NCBI GenBank assembly: GCA_044370275.1
Contig: JBILVT010000001.1
Location: 10,054 to 74,053 of the forward strand
DNA: 64,000 bases
Direction of reading: 5' to 3'
Source: Burkholderiaceae bacterium
GTDB taxonomy: Bacteria > Pseudomonadota > Gammaproteobacteria > Burkholderiales > Burkholderiaceae_A
Position 1 is the stretch's first letter, and the number at the start of each line of letters is the position of its first letter. A program made the position numbers and the translations under genes. Shown here one piece after another: positions 20,581 through 30,214 of this stretch. Below the pieces are notes generated by a model, which was given only the letters and a program-made list of their open reading frames with translations, searched no databases and was not told where the DNA came from.

Positions 20581-21576
20581 ATGGACTTAAGTCGATTTCC
20601 AAGGCGCATTTATACGACTCATCCCACGCCGATAGAGTACTTGCCGCGACTGACCGAGGTACTGGGTGGGCCGAAAATTTGGATTAAGCGCGATGACATG
20701 CTGGGCCTTGCTCCAGGTGGCAACAAGACTCGGAAACTCGAATTCCTGTTGGCAGACGCACTCGCACAAGGAGCGGACTGCCTGGTGACTTGTGGCGCCC
20801 CGCAGTCGAACCACTGCCGCATCACACTCACTGCGGCGAGAAAAGAGGGCCTGCACTGTCATTTTGTCATCGAAGAGCGGATACTCGGCACCTACTCAGA
20901 GACGGCGAGTGGCAATAACTTTGTTTTCCGGCTGATGTCGGTAGATTCGGTTACCGTAGTTCCAGCGGGATCAAATATGGCAGAGGAAATGGAGTTGTTG
21001 GCCAAGAAGCTGCGCGGTTTGGGCCATCGGCCATATGTCATTCCTGGCGGCGGATCGAATGCAATCGGAGGGCTTGGCTATGTAGCCTGCGCCCAAGAAC
21101 TGCAACAGCAGTTCTTTGAGCTTGGCCTGGTTATTGACCAGGTGATTGTAGGTTCTGGAAGTTCTGGAACCCATGGGGGCCTTGTCGCCGGATTTGTCGG
21201 AAATCATATTGATATCCCAATTCTTGGGGTGGGAGTCAGTCGAGATCCGCAGGATCAGGAGCCTCTGGTTTACAAGGAAGCCTGCGCTATTGCAGGGCTC
21301 TTCCAGAATGCTTTTGTAATTCCTCGTGATCGTATTGTCACCGTTGGTGGCTACTGGCAGCCAAAATACTCGCTACCAAATGCATCGATGATTGAAGCAA
21401 TAAAACTTTTTGCTTCTACAGAGGGAATTTTGTTAGATCCGGTTTATACCGGCAAGGTCGCCGCTGGAATGATTGGCATGATTCGCGAAGGACGATTAAA
21501 GACAAGCGAGAATATTCTCTTCATGCATACGGGCGGTGCCACTGCGCTATTCGCCTACGAAAATGTCCTGCGCTAA
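20581..21576 (+). CDS. dcyD: D-cysteine desulfhydrase (PLP, ACC deaminase family)
   Basis: KRDD, GGNKTRKLEF, QSNHCR, LDPVYTGK and HTGG (not the YEGK/HLGG of ACC deaminases). Confidence 0.8.
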   Translation: MDLSRFPRRIYTTHPTPIEYLPRLTEVLGGPKIWIKRDDMLGLAPGGNKTRKLEFLLADALAQGADCLVTCGAPQSNHCRITLTAARKEGLHCHFVIEERILGTYSETASGNNFVFRLMSVDSVTVVPAGSNMAEEMELLAKKLRGLGHRPYVIPGGGSNAIGGLGYVACAQELQQQFFELGLVIDQVIVGSGSSGTHGGLVAGFVGNHIDIPILGVGVSRDPQDQEPLVYKEACAIAGLFQNAFVIPRDRIVTVGGYWQPKYSLPNASMIEAIKLFASTEGILLDPVYTGKVAAGMIGMIREGRLKTSENILFMHTGGATALFAYENVLR

Positions 21577-21597
21577 AACGTAATCAGCACCATTTTT

Positions 21598-22806
21598 TTG
21601 AACTCGAATTCTTATGATGCTATTGTAATCGGCGCAGGCGCGGCGGGTATGTTTTGCGCGGGAGTGCTCGGCCAGCGTGGAAAGCGAATTTTATTACTGG
21701 ATCACGCCAAAACCCTGGGTGAAAAAATCCGTATCAGTGGTGGGGGTCGATGTAACTTCACGAATCGTGAGTGCAGCCCGAGTCACTTTTTATCGCTGAA
21801 TCCTGATTTCGCGCATAGTGCCTTGGCCCGCTACTCGCCTGCCGATTTTATTGCCTTGGTGCGTCGTTATCGAATTCAGTTTCACGAAAAACATCGTGGA
21901 CAGTTATTTTGTGACGAGTCTTCTTATCAGATTATTCAGATGCTACTGCAGGAGTGTCTTCAGGGTGGCGTAGAGATTCGACATCCTGTCGAGGTGAAAG
22001 CGGTTATTCAAGCGGGCACCCAATGGCGTGTTGAAACCGGTATCGGCTCGTATAAGGCAAGCTCGATTGTGATGGCTACGGGCGGGCTGCCAGTCCCCGC
22101 GATTGGGGCGACTGGATTTGCGCTGGATTTCGCAAAGGGGCTTGGGATACCTGTCGTATCAGTTCGGCCTGGTCTTGTACCGCTGGCTTTTACGTCTGAA
22201 ACTTTCCGGGGTCTGGAGTTCTTGGCGGGGCTAAGCCTTCCAGTCTTTATCTCGGCCGGTCGAAAAGGAGTGCGATACGGCGCTATGAGATTTGAGGAAG
22301 ACCTTCTGATGACGCACAAAGGACTATCCGGACCGGCAGTGCTTCAGGCTAGCAATTACTGGGAGGAGGGCGAAGACATCGCCGTAGATTGGTCAGCAGG
22401 ATTAGATCTTGAGGTCGCATTAGATGAGAAATTAGTCGGCGCGAAGACTGCGGAGGGCGCGCTTGCAACATTTCTTCCCGAGCGTCTTGCCAAAATATTT
22501 TCAGAAAAAAACCGCCTACAGGGTAAGAGGTGGGCTGAGATTTCGAGACGGGATCGACAGGCTATGGTCCATCAGATACGAGATTGGCGGGTCAAGCCAG
22601 CAGGGACCTTAGGCTGGAGAAAGGCTGAGGTCATGATCGGTGGCATTGATACAGGCGCGCTTGATAGCAAGACCATGATGGCGAAACGTTTTCCAGGCCT
22701 TTTCTTTATTGGTGAGTGTGTCGATGTCACTGGCCACCTAGGAGGCCATAATTTTCAATGGGCCTGGGCCAGCGGCCATGCTTGCGCACTGGCAATTTCG
22801 GCTTGA
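21598..22806 (+). CDS. HI0933/YhiN(BaiN)-family NAD(P)/FAD-dependent oxidoreductase
   Basis: GAGAAG, GEKIRISGGGRCNFTN, THKGLSGPAVL, GECVDVTGHLGGHNFQWAWASG. Confidence 0.9.
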   Translation: MNSNSYDAIVIGAGAAGMFCAGVLGQRGKRILLLDHAKTLGEKIRISGGGRCNFTNRECSPSHFLSLNPDFAHSALARYSPADFIALVRRYRIQFHEKHRGQLFCDESSYQIIQMLLQECLQGGVEIRHPVEVKAVIQAGTQWRVETGIGSYKASSIVMATGGLPVPAIGATGFALDFAKGLGIPVVSVRPGLVPLAFTSETFRGLEFLAGLSLPVFISAGRKGVRYGAMRFEEDLLMTHKGLSGPAVLQASNYWEEGEDIAVDWSAGLDLEVALDEKLVGAKTAEGALATFLPERLAKIFSEKNRLQGKRWAEISRRDRQAMVHQIRDWRVKPAGTLGWRKAEVMIGGIDTGALDSKTMMAKRFPGLFFIGECVDVTGHLGGHNFQWAWASGHACALAISA

Positions 22807-22870
22807 AGAGTTGCTGCCATGGCATTGGTGCTGTTGTTGTAGCGCTATCTGGGGCTTTTAGTACGGGATA

Positions 22871-23845
22871 TCAGTCAACCCGAACCCGCCCCGATGTAAT
22901 GACGGGACGCCAGCGCTCGATATCGGAGGCGATGAGCTTGCCGAATTCCTCAGGAGTGGTTGGCGTCGCAATCGCCCCCTCGGTATTCAGACGCACTTTT
23001 AGCGCCTCACTCCCGAGCGCCTCATTCACCGCTCGGTTGAGTTTCATCACGATATCACGCGGCGTTCCTGCTGGGGCGACCAGCCCGTACCATTGGTCGG
23101 CCTCGAATCCACGTAGTCCCAGCGCCTCGGCGACTGTTGGAACATCGGGGAGAATATCGAGACGCTTGGGGCTGGATACCGCGAGTGCTGTTAACTGCCC
23201 AGAACGAATGTGACCGATCAAGGCGGGCGCTCCGGTGAAGATGAGCTGTACGGAGCCCCCAATCACATCCGCAACGGCAGGTGCAGCGCCCCGGTACGGA
23301 ATGTGGACCATCGCCACCCCAGCCTGCATTTTGAAGTACTCGGTTGCAAGATGAGCTGCACTGCCGTTACCGCCAGTGCTGTAGTTCAGAGAACCAGGTT
23401 TTGACTTGGCAAGCGCGACAAGTTCTTTGAGATTTCGGACGGGGACCGTTTTATTCACTACCATGACGTTTGGCACCCTTGCTACCCAAGCAACAGGCAC
23501 AAAGTCCTTGATGGGGTTGTAGGGAAGATTAGGATAGAGACTCGGATTTACTGCCAGAGTCCCGATATGGCCCATCAAGAGCGTATAGCCGTCGGCAGCA
23601 CTCTTCGCGACTCGATCTGACCCAATACTTCCGCCGGCCCCCGCAACATTTTCAATCACAAAACTTTGGCCAAGAGATTTGCTCAGTTCGCTGCCGATTG
23701 CCCGAGCCAGAATGTCGGAGCTTCCACCCGGTGTAAATGGAACGATAATTTTGACTGGCTTGTTCGGATAGACCGTCTGTGCATGGCCCGGCGATATCAC
23801 TGCGACAAAACAGATTATTAAAAAATAAAGCGTCGATTTGATCAT
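22871..23845 (-). CDS. Bug/TctC-family solute receptor
   Basis: YPNKPVKIIVPFTPGGSSD, ADGYTLL, HIPYRG, LPDVPT. Confidence 0.92.
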   Translation of the reverse strand: MIKSTLYFLIICFVAVISPGHAQTVYPNKPVKIIVPFTPGGSSDILARAIGSELSKSLGQSFVIENVAGAGGSIGSDRVAKSAADGYTLLMGHIGTLAVNPSLYPNLPYNPIKDFVPVAWVARVPNVMVVNKTVPVRNLKELVALAKSKPGSLNYSTGGNGSAAHLATEYFKMQAGVAMVHIPYRGAAPAVADVIGGSVQLIFTGAPALIGHIRSGQLTALAVSSPKRLDILPDVPTVAEALGLRGFEADQWYGLVAPAGTPRDIVMKLNRAVNEALGSEALKVRLNTEGAIATPTTPEEFGKLIASDIERWRPVITSGRVRVD

Positions 23846-23853
23846 GTTTTAAT

Positions 23854-25065
23854 TTATCCTACCCAGAGATCATAGGTGATACCGTTTGCAATCAGTGAGA
23901 TGACATTTGACTGATTTTCCCGCGATTCTGCAAAGTCGGCCAGAACTTTTTTCCAGCTTTTTTCTGGGTTATTTTGTAGTTGGTCGATCCACCAAGCATA
24001 GCCATCTTCATCCGGAGACCGATCCAGTACATTTTGATAAAGACGGGTGAGAAAGTCCCCATTGGTAGGATTAGCGCCATAAAGCGCCCTGAATTCATTG
24101 GAGTCAATAAAGCGAGCCGCAACCTCAACAGTGCTCATGCCCCGATCCATCTGCGCAATCCAGTAGCCTAGTCCCACGGTATCACCGGCCATCGGATCGC
24201 GATCAAATGCCGCCTTATAGATTCTGTAGGCTTGGCCAGCATTACCGGCAAGATCAAGACCGATTGCCTTGTCGTTGAGAAAAATTCTTTCGTATCCGAT
24301 CAGTTTTGCAATCGAAAATCCAGCGACATCCACCACAGCCCAGGCGCCATCGCTCATTTTTCGGGCGCTGATTTGGGCGATGGAGTATTCCAAGCGTGCG
24401 CCAGTGACTCCTGCTGCTGCCTTGAATTCCGGCAATTTAATCAATTGATCTGCGCCGCTGGAGATTTGGACGTCGCGAACGATGACGGGCGAGTTCGGAA
24501 CGTTTTCAAATCCGTTATTCGTGGAGACGGGAACTTTTGCGATTGCGTCCACCACTTCTAGTCCTGATGTAATCCGGCCAAATACCGCATAGCCTGGCCG
24601 CTCAGCGCTTGAATAATTAAGCCCTGGGTTATCCACTAGGTTTATGAAAAATTGGGAGGTAGCCGTATTGGGTTGATCCGTACGGGCCATACCGACCGTG
24701 CCCCGAAGATGGGTTAGCCCGTTATCAGACTCAAGGGAAATTGGTCCCCGTTGAGCAGTTATCTTTGCGCGGCCTTGGGTATCAAAAAGCCCTGCCTGAA
24801 TTACAAAATTATTAACGACTCGATGAAAAAGTACGTTGTCGTAGTAATTATCAAATGCATAGTGTAAAAAGTTGCCAACGGACAGCGGCGCCTTCTCCGG
24901 AAATAACTCGATTGTGATATCCCCGAAATTGGTTGTGATAACTGCCGAGGGCGGTGAGGCCGTTGGGTAGAAGCGGGCGGCCGGCAGTTCGAAATCAAGC
25001 AGGTCTAAAGTTTGCATGTGATCGGCAGCAGTATCGATAGGCGTGAGCCAAAGATTATCTATCAA
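23854..25065 (-). CDS. Cyclophilin-type peptidyl-prolyl isomerase fused to C-terminal DUF4214 (S-layer-type) domain
   Basis: FHRVVNNFVIQAG, GTVGMART, ATSQFFINL, YAVFG; C-terminus AYRIYKAAFDR, GLGYW, SNEFRALYG, LYQNVLDR, FAESREN; start uncertain. Confidence 0.8.
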   Translation of the reverse strand: MIDNLWLTPIDTAADHMQTLDLLDFELPAARFYPTASPPSAVITTNFGDITIELFPEKAPLSVGNFLHYAFDNYYDNVLFHRVVNNFVIQAGLFDTQGRAKITAQRGPISLESDNGLTHLRGTVGMARTDQPNTATSQFFINLVDNPGLNYSSAERPGYAVFGRITSGLEVVDAIAKVPVSTNNGFENVPNSPVIVRDVQISSGADQLIKLPEFKAAAGVTGARLEYSIAQISARKMSDGAWAVVDVAGFSIAKLIGYERIFLNDKAIGLDLAGNAGQAYRIYKAAFDRDPMAGDTVGLGYWIAQMDRGMSTVEVAARFIDSNEFRALYGANPTNGDFLTRLYQNVLDRSPDEDGYAWWIDQLQNNPEKSWKKVLADFAESRENQSNVISLIANGITYDLWVG

Positions 25066-25107
25066 AAGCGACTGAAGATAAGGGCCGGTAGCTCAGGGCG
25101 TGACCGT

Positions 25108-26115
25108 TTATGCGACCCGGCCGAAGCGAACCATGGTGAGTATGACTCCAAGAGTCATCAGAGAGATTGCAATGAGGAGCAGTGGGCCCGTAATTTCGGT
25201 CTGACGCTGCTGCCGAAAAATAATTGTTTTCCCCATCGTTTCATAGACGCGATGTAACTCGGTCAAGCTCGCCGCCCCAAAGTAGTCTGCTGAGGTTTCG
25301 GCTGCGATGAGTTTTAAAAGATCTTCCTCCAGCCGAACGCGCATTGCTATGCCCTGGGCCCGGAGTACTGCGCCCTGCGGAGTTCCAATACCGACGGTAT
25401 AAATTCTCACTCCCTGCTGTGCGGCAAGCTTGGCCATAGTGCGTGCGTCTGGCTCCATATTGCCAGCGCCATCAGACAGCATCACGATAGCGAGGCTGTC
25501 TCGGGTAGCGGCTGCTGTTTCCGTGGATGTCGGCCCCTTGTATTCACCATTGAGGATTGCTTGGAGAGGAATGCTTCCAGGTGGTAATACCGCGGCGAGC
25601 GCCACTGCGATTCCTGCGCCAAGTGCTGAGCCGCGCTGCAATGCAATCCCATCAAGGGCTGGGTAAAGCGCCTCACGGTCTGTCGTCGGCATTTGTGTGA
25701 CCACTGCTGTTGCAGCGACCGAAACAAGGCCCACCTTCATCGAGGCGGGCTGCTGCTCGATGAATCCACGAATCGCGGCCTTGGCGGCCTCGATTCGGCT
25801 GGGGAGCACATCATCAGCGCGCATACTGCCCGAGGTATCGAGCACCAGCATGACCGCATCAACGCGCTGCGGCACTAAAATCACCGCCTGCGGACGGGCT
25901 GCGGCGAATATCAGCGCAACAATCCCAATCAAAATAAGAATGGCTGGGCCATATCCTGCTCGCTGGGGTGTAGCAAGCTGAGTGAGCCATGTGGCTTGAG
26001 TGTTTATGCTTGCTTTCGGGTGTCGTCGCTGAATATAAAGGATCACTAAAAGTGGCAAGAAACATAAGAGCCATAGCATCTGTGGCCAGATCCAGGCAAT
26101 TTCAGAGAGCTTCAT
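25108..26115 (-). CDS. VWA-domain membrane protein (BatA-like)
   Basis: WPQMLWLL N-terminal TM, AAARPQ, MIDAS DTSGSM, LSDG, IYTVGIGT, C-terminal TM. Confidence 0.85.
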   Translation of the reverse strand: MKLSEIAWIWPQMLWLLCFLPLLVILYIQRRHPKASINTQATWLTQLATPQRAGYGPAILILIGIVALIFAAARPQAVILVPQRVDAVMLVLDTSGSMRADDVLPSRIEAAKAAIRGFIEQQPASMKVGLVSVAATAVVTQMPTTDREALYPALDGIALQRGSALGAGIAVALAAVLPPGSIPLQAILNGEYKGPTSTETAAATRDSLAIVMLSDGAGNMEPDARTMAKLAAQQGVRIYTVGIGTPQGAVLRAQGIAMRVRLEEDLLKLIAAETSADYFGAASLTELHRVYETMGKTIIFRQQRQTEITGPLLLIAISLMTLGVILTMVRFGRVA

Positions 26116-27167
26116 CGCGATGCTCGCATTCCCGAGAGCGTCTTGCGTTTCTTTCTGAAAGCGAGATAGGCCATGAGCTGGCGCAGTAAGGATTCATCAG
26201 CGCTCAATTGGAGAAAATCAGCACCTGAGAGTGCGCAGGTCTCTCTAATGCTTACCTGGCGCTGCCTCATCAGTTCTTCGTAACGGCCGCGAATTACTGG
26301 GTCGCCAGTATCAATAAGGGCCTGCTCGCCGGATTCTGAATCTTGGACTGCGAGCATGCCAACATCGGGAAGCTGCATCTCAAGTGGATCGGACACCTGG
26401 ATACACAGCACATCATGCCGCTGGGCCAGCCGACGTAAGGCTTGCTCCCAGCCGGAAGCGACCCAGAAATCAGAGACAAGAATTACAAGGCTGCGGCGTC
26501 GAATCACTGCCAGAGCCCGCTCGAGCATCGGGGTGAGTCTTGTGCTGCTGCCTGAGGCTTCTTTCGATCCAGAGGCAGTGCCGCCAGATGGCTGGACAAC
26601 CGTGCCCGGGTTATCGGTCTGCAGCCGCATCATCTCAAGCAAACGGACAACATGAGACTGGGCGCTTCCCGGGGGAAGCAAATGCAGCGAGGAGCTGCTG
26701 CGGCCATTGTCGAGCATGGCTGCAAGTCGATCGCCATGCCGCACCATAAGGCCAGCCAGCGTCCCGACTGCCTGCTCGACCATCTGTTTTTTACTTGGAC
26801 CTGCCGACTGAAAAGAAAGTGAATTCGAGGTATCAATCAAAAACCATGCGGTGAGTTCCCGCTCTTCGTGAAATGTGCGCACATGTAAGGTTCCTGTTCT
26901 CGCACTGACATTCCAGTCCAGATGGCGGACATCATCACCCGCCTGATACTCGCGGATATCCGACATTCGCATGCCGGTGCCATGAAAAAGTGTCTCGTGA
27001 TCCCCCTGAAAAATGCCGTCCAAGCGCCGGATGACCGTCCATGAAAGGGTCGGTAATAGCGCTTTCGGCTGGCGACTACCGCCCGTAGCCAAGATGCCAC
27101 GCACCCCACTGTTTGGGGAAGGTGGTGAGATGGCGTTTGGCTTAGCTCGCTGCCGAAACCCGAACAT
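26112..27167 (-). CDS. DUF58 protein (MoxR-associated)
   Basis: REYQAGDDVRHLDWNVSART, EERE, DTSNS, VSDF, RHDV, DPLE; ATG 27167 overlaps moxR end. Confidence 0.85.
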   Translation of the reverse strand: MFGFRQRAKPNAISPPSPNSGVRGILATGGSRQPKALLPTLSWTVIRRLDGIFQGDHETLFHGTGMRMSDIREYQAGDDVRHLDWNVSARTGTLHVRTFHEERELTAWFLIDTSNSLSFQSAGPSKKQMVEQAVGTLAGLMVRHGDRLAAMLDNGRSSSSLHLLPPGSAQSHVVRLLEMMRLQTDNPGTVVQPSGGTASGSKEASGSSTRLTPMLERALAVIRRRSLVILVSDFWVASGWEQALRRLAQRHDVLCIQVSDPLEMQLPDVGMLAVQDSESGEQALIDTGDPVIRGRYEELMRQRQVSIRETCALSGADFLQLSADESLLRQLMAYLAFRKKRKTLSGMRASR

Positions 27168-28206
27168 GGCCGTCAAATGGTTGATCCGGTGCAGGAACAG
27201 CTTGTAATACCTGCATGACGATGTCATCGGCGCTCACACCTTCGGAGAGTGCATCGTAGGAGAGCACCATACGGTGCCGGAGCACATCGGCGGCGATATC
27301 AGTCATATCCTGGGGCAGTGCATAGGCACGGCCCCTTAAAAACGCTAGAGCACGCGCTCCTTCAACCAGCCCAATCGTTGCGCGGGGGCTGGCGCCAAAT
27401 CGTAGGAGCCGGGCAAGATCCGGAATACCAAATCGTGCAGGCTCGCGGGTCGCGCAGACCAGTTGAACTGCATGCTGAATAAGGCGCGCATCGACATGGC
27501 CTTCTCGGCAATCCGCTTGCAGCGCAGTTAAGCGCTGCATATCGAGCACCGGCGCTGCCCGGGCGGGAACGCCAGTAAAGCGTTGCGCGATGACAAACTC
27601 TTCTTCTTCGCTGGGGTATCCGATAAGGACCTTCATCATGAATCGGTCCATTTGCGCCTCGGGCAAGGGATAGGTGCCCTCAGTCTCAATTGGATTTTGT
27701 GTAGCCATCACGAGAAAAGGGTCAGGCACTAAAAACGTCTGGCCCGAGATGGTGACCTGGCGCTCTTGCATGACTTCGAGCAGGGCGCTTTGCACTTTTG
27801 CGGGCGCACGATTGATTTCATCGGCGAGCAACAGGTTATTAAATACAGGCCCCAGTACAGTGCTGAATTCAGATGTTTTTTGGTTATAGATCCGCGTGCC
27901 GGTCATGTCGGACGGCAGTAGATCGGGTGTGAACTGAACCCGACCGAAACTTCCCTGAAGTGTGCTGGCGAGTGTTTTTACCGTTAAGGTCTTGGCAAGG
28001 CCTGGTACACCCTCAATCAGCAGATGGCCGCGGGCGAGCAGCGCAACGAGTACACGTTCAAGGAATCTATCTTGGCCCACGACCACACGCTTAACCTCAT
28101 ACAGCAGCCGCTCCATGAGCGCTGCACTCTCCGAGATGCGCTCTGCGGAGGGCCCCGAAAGCGAGGCCGCCGCAGCGCTGCCCCATGGGTCTCGAGATAG
28201 ATTCAT
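27142..28206 (-). CDS. moxR: MoxR-family AAA+ ATPase
   Basis: GHLLIEGVPGLAKT, RVQFTPDLLPSD, LADEINRAPAKVQSALLE, ATQNPIETEGTYPLPEAQMDRF, GASPRA. Confidence 0.93.
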   Translation of the reverse strand: MNLSRDPWGSAAAASLSGPSAERISESAALMERLLYEVKRVVVGQDRFLERVLVALLARGHLLIEGVPGLAKTLTVKTLASTLQGSFGRVQFTPDLLPSDMTGTRIYNQKTSEFSTVLGPVFNNLLLADEINRAPAKVQSALLEVMQERQVTISGQTFLVPDPFLVMATQNPIETEGTYPLPEAQMDRFMMKVLIGYPSEEEEFVIAQRFTGVPARAAPVLDMQRLTALQADCREGHVDARLIQHAVQLVCATREPARFGIPDLARLLRFGASPRATIGLVEGARALAFLRGRAYALPQDMTDIAADVLRHRMVLSYDALSEGVSADDIVMQVLQAVPAPDQPFDGHVRVSAAS

Positions 28207-28266
28207 CACAATATCCTTTTCAATAAATGGAACAGCCAAAAATGTTGGCGCAGGAAAAACTCAACG

Positions 28267-29055
28267 CTAAAACGGCGGAATGCCCACTGCGCTAGCGGCA
28301 CCCTCAATCGTGGTGGCAAATCCGATTCCGATAAAAGTCCCGGACTTAGTTGGATTTAGGATCGCTGTCACGATCCCGATCACTTCGCCTGACATATTGA
28401 TTAACGGACCACCAGAGTTGCCGGAATTGACTGCAGCATCAAACTGAATTAGGCCGGTTAATGCCGGCCGATCATCACGAGAGCGAAATTCTCGATTCAT
28501 GCCGGAGACCACGCCAGCGGAGACTGACGGGCCAATGCCAAATGGAAAGCCGATTGCTACAACCTCATCCCCTGGCGATACGCGGGATGTCGAGCCCAGC
28601 ACGGCCGGCTCGAGGTCATCAGGAATGCGTTGGGGTTTAACGAGCGCGAGATCCTGAGCGGGCATGATGGCAACAATAGTCGCCGGGGATTCGGTGCCAT
28701 CATGAAACACAACGTCAATCCGTTGCATGCCGTGCACAACATGGAAGTTAGTCAAAAGGGTGCCGTCTTCCATAATCACCACGCCGCTGCCAACGCCCAG
28801 CTGCTTTTCCGGACTTTTCGGCCGCTTGGGATCCTGGCCAAAACCTCTCACCCTGACGACTGCGGGCAGCACCGCTTTTGCGGCCCTTGCAGTCCGGGAG
28901 GGGAGATCGTTATCCTGAAGGCTGCGCATGACCGCAGCGTCGATGTCTTTTTGGGTGATGGGCTTCGGGGAGTCGCGAAGCGCGGCCGTGAGTGCCAGGC
29001 CAAGTCCGAGGGCCAGCCCGCCGATTGAGATGATCCAGTGTGCGGTTTGTTTCAT
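28267..29055 (-). CDS. Membrane-anchored trypsin-like (HtrA/DegS-type) serine protease without PDZ domain
   Basis: GSGV, LTNFHVV (His), DLALV (Asp), DAAVNSGNSGGPL (Ser); N-terminal TM; ends right after the protease domain. Confidence 0.85.
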   Translation of the reverse strand: MKQTAHWIISIGGLALGLGLALTAALRDSPKPITQKDIDAAVMRSLQDNDLPSRTARAAKAVLPAVVRVRGFGQDPKRPKSPEKQLGVGSGVVIMEDGTLLTNFHVVHGMQRIDVVFHDGTESPATIVAIMPAQDLALVKPQRIPDDLEPAVLGSTSRVSPGDEVVAIGFPFGIGPSVSAGVVSGMNREFRSRDDRPALTGLIQFDAAVNSGNSGGPLINMSGEVIGIVTAILNPTKSGTFIGIGFATTIEGAASAVGIPPF

Positions 29056-29116
29056 TGTGCGAAACGTTATTAAGCACCCGGACACTTTGGGGCGCATTTA
29101 ACCAGGAAGCTGAAGT

Positions 29117-30214
29117 ATGCGTTTTTTATGGCCTGAAATGTTGTGGACGCTGCTTCTCATCCCAGCGCTCTTGGCGGGATATGTGTGGCTGCTTCGGCGG
29201 CGGATGCGGGCCGCGGTTATCGCCCCCGATCTGTCGGCGATTCGCCTGGCCCAGGCAGGACGGCGCAGCTATCGCCGGCATATTCCGCCCGCCCTCTGTT
29301 TGGCTGCAATAACCTGCGGGCTCATTGGATCAGCAGGCCCAAGTGCGCGGGTTGTGCTTCCTGCTGATTACATGACCTTGATTTTGGCGATGGATGTCTC
29401 GCGCAGCATGCTTGCCGAGGATGTGCCGCCGAATCGCATTAAGGCGAGCCAAGAGGCGGTAAAGGTATTTATCGAGGGCCTTCCGCAAAATGTTCGCGTT
29501 GGGCTGGTGACCTTTGCTGGAACGGCGCAGCGGGCCCATGGGATTACAGATAACCGCCAGGATATCTACGAGGCCATAGATCGATTCCAGCTGCAGCGGG
29601 GTACGGCGACAGGGTCAGGCCTGCTAATGGCACTTGATATGTTGCTTCCCGATGCAGGCATTAAGCTTGAGACAACCGTCTACGGCTGGGAGACGGGGGG
29701 CACGCCGATCCAGCCGGATATCCCACGGGATCGCGCCAGCATTGCGGGTGCGGGGGCAGGGCCTTCGAGGGCCGATCAGGCCTCTGGTCCGCCAGGGTCG
29801 TATCGGAGCGGCGCGATCGTTTTGCTGTCAGATGGCAGACGAACAACGGGGTCGGATCCGATTGAGGCAGCCCGGCTTGCGGCTCGGCTGGGCGTGCGGG
29901 TCCATACCGTCGCTTTTGGCACTCCTGAGGGATTTATTCCCGGCTTTGAGGGCCTGTCTTTTTACGCCCGGGTAGATGAGGAGACCCTAAGGCAGATGGC
30001 ACAGGTGACGCAGGGTGAATTTTTCCGCGCATCGAATGCAGCGGACCTTCAGGGTATCTATGAGCACCTGGCAACCCGAATTCGACTAGAGCGCCAAGAT
30101 ACACAAATCAGCGCACTTTTTGCGCTGGCTGCAATTTCGTTGGCGTTGCTTGCGATTGGTTTGTCGCTGGCCTGGTTTAAATCAATGCCGGTGCGTACTC
30201 AATCGAACATTTGA
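29117..30214 (+). CDS. VWA-domain membrane protein (BatA-like), second paralog
   Basis: MRFLWPEMLW, MIDAS DVSRSM, GTATG, LLSDG, VHTVAFGT, C-terminal TM. Confidence 0.85.
   Translation: MRFLWPEMLWTLLLIPALLAGYVWLLRRRMRAAVIAPDLSAIRLAQAGRRSYRRHIPPALCLAAITCGLIGSAGPSARVVLPADYMTLILAMDVSRSMLAEDVPPNRIKASQEAVKVFIEGLPQNVRVGLVTFAGTAQRAHGITDNRQDIYEAIDRFQLQRGTATGSGLLMALDMLLPDAGIKLETTVYGWETGGTPIQPDIPRDRASIAGAGAGPSRADQASGPPGSYRSGAIVLLSDGRRTTGSDPIEAARLAARLGVRVHTVAFGTPEGFIPGFEGLSFYARVDEETLRQMAQVTQGEFFRASNAADLQGIYEHLATRIRLERQDTQISALFALAAISLALLAIGLSLAWFKSMPVRTQSNI

Noticed and set aside
20581-21576. ACC deaminase (acdS)
   Set aside because: Has YTGK/HTGG instead of the diagnostic Glu and Leu residues
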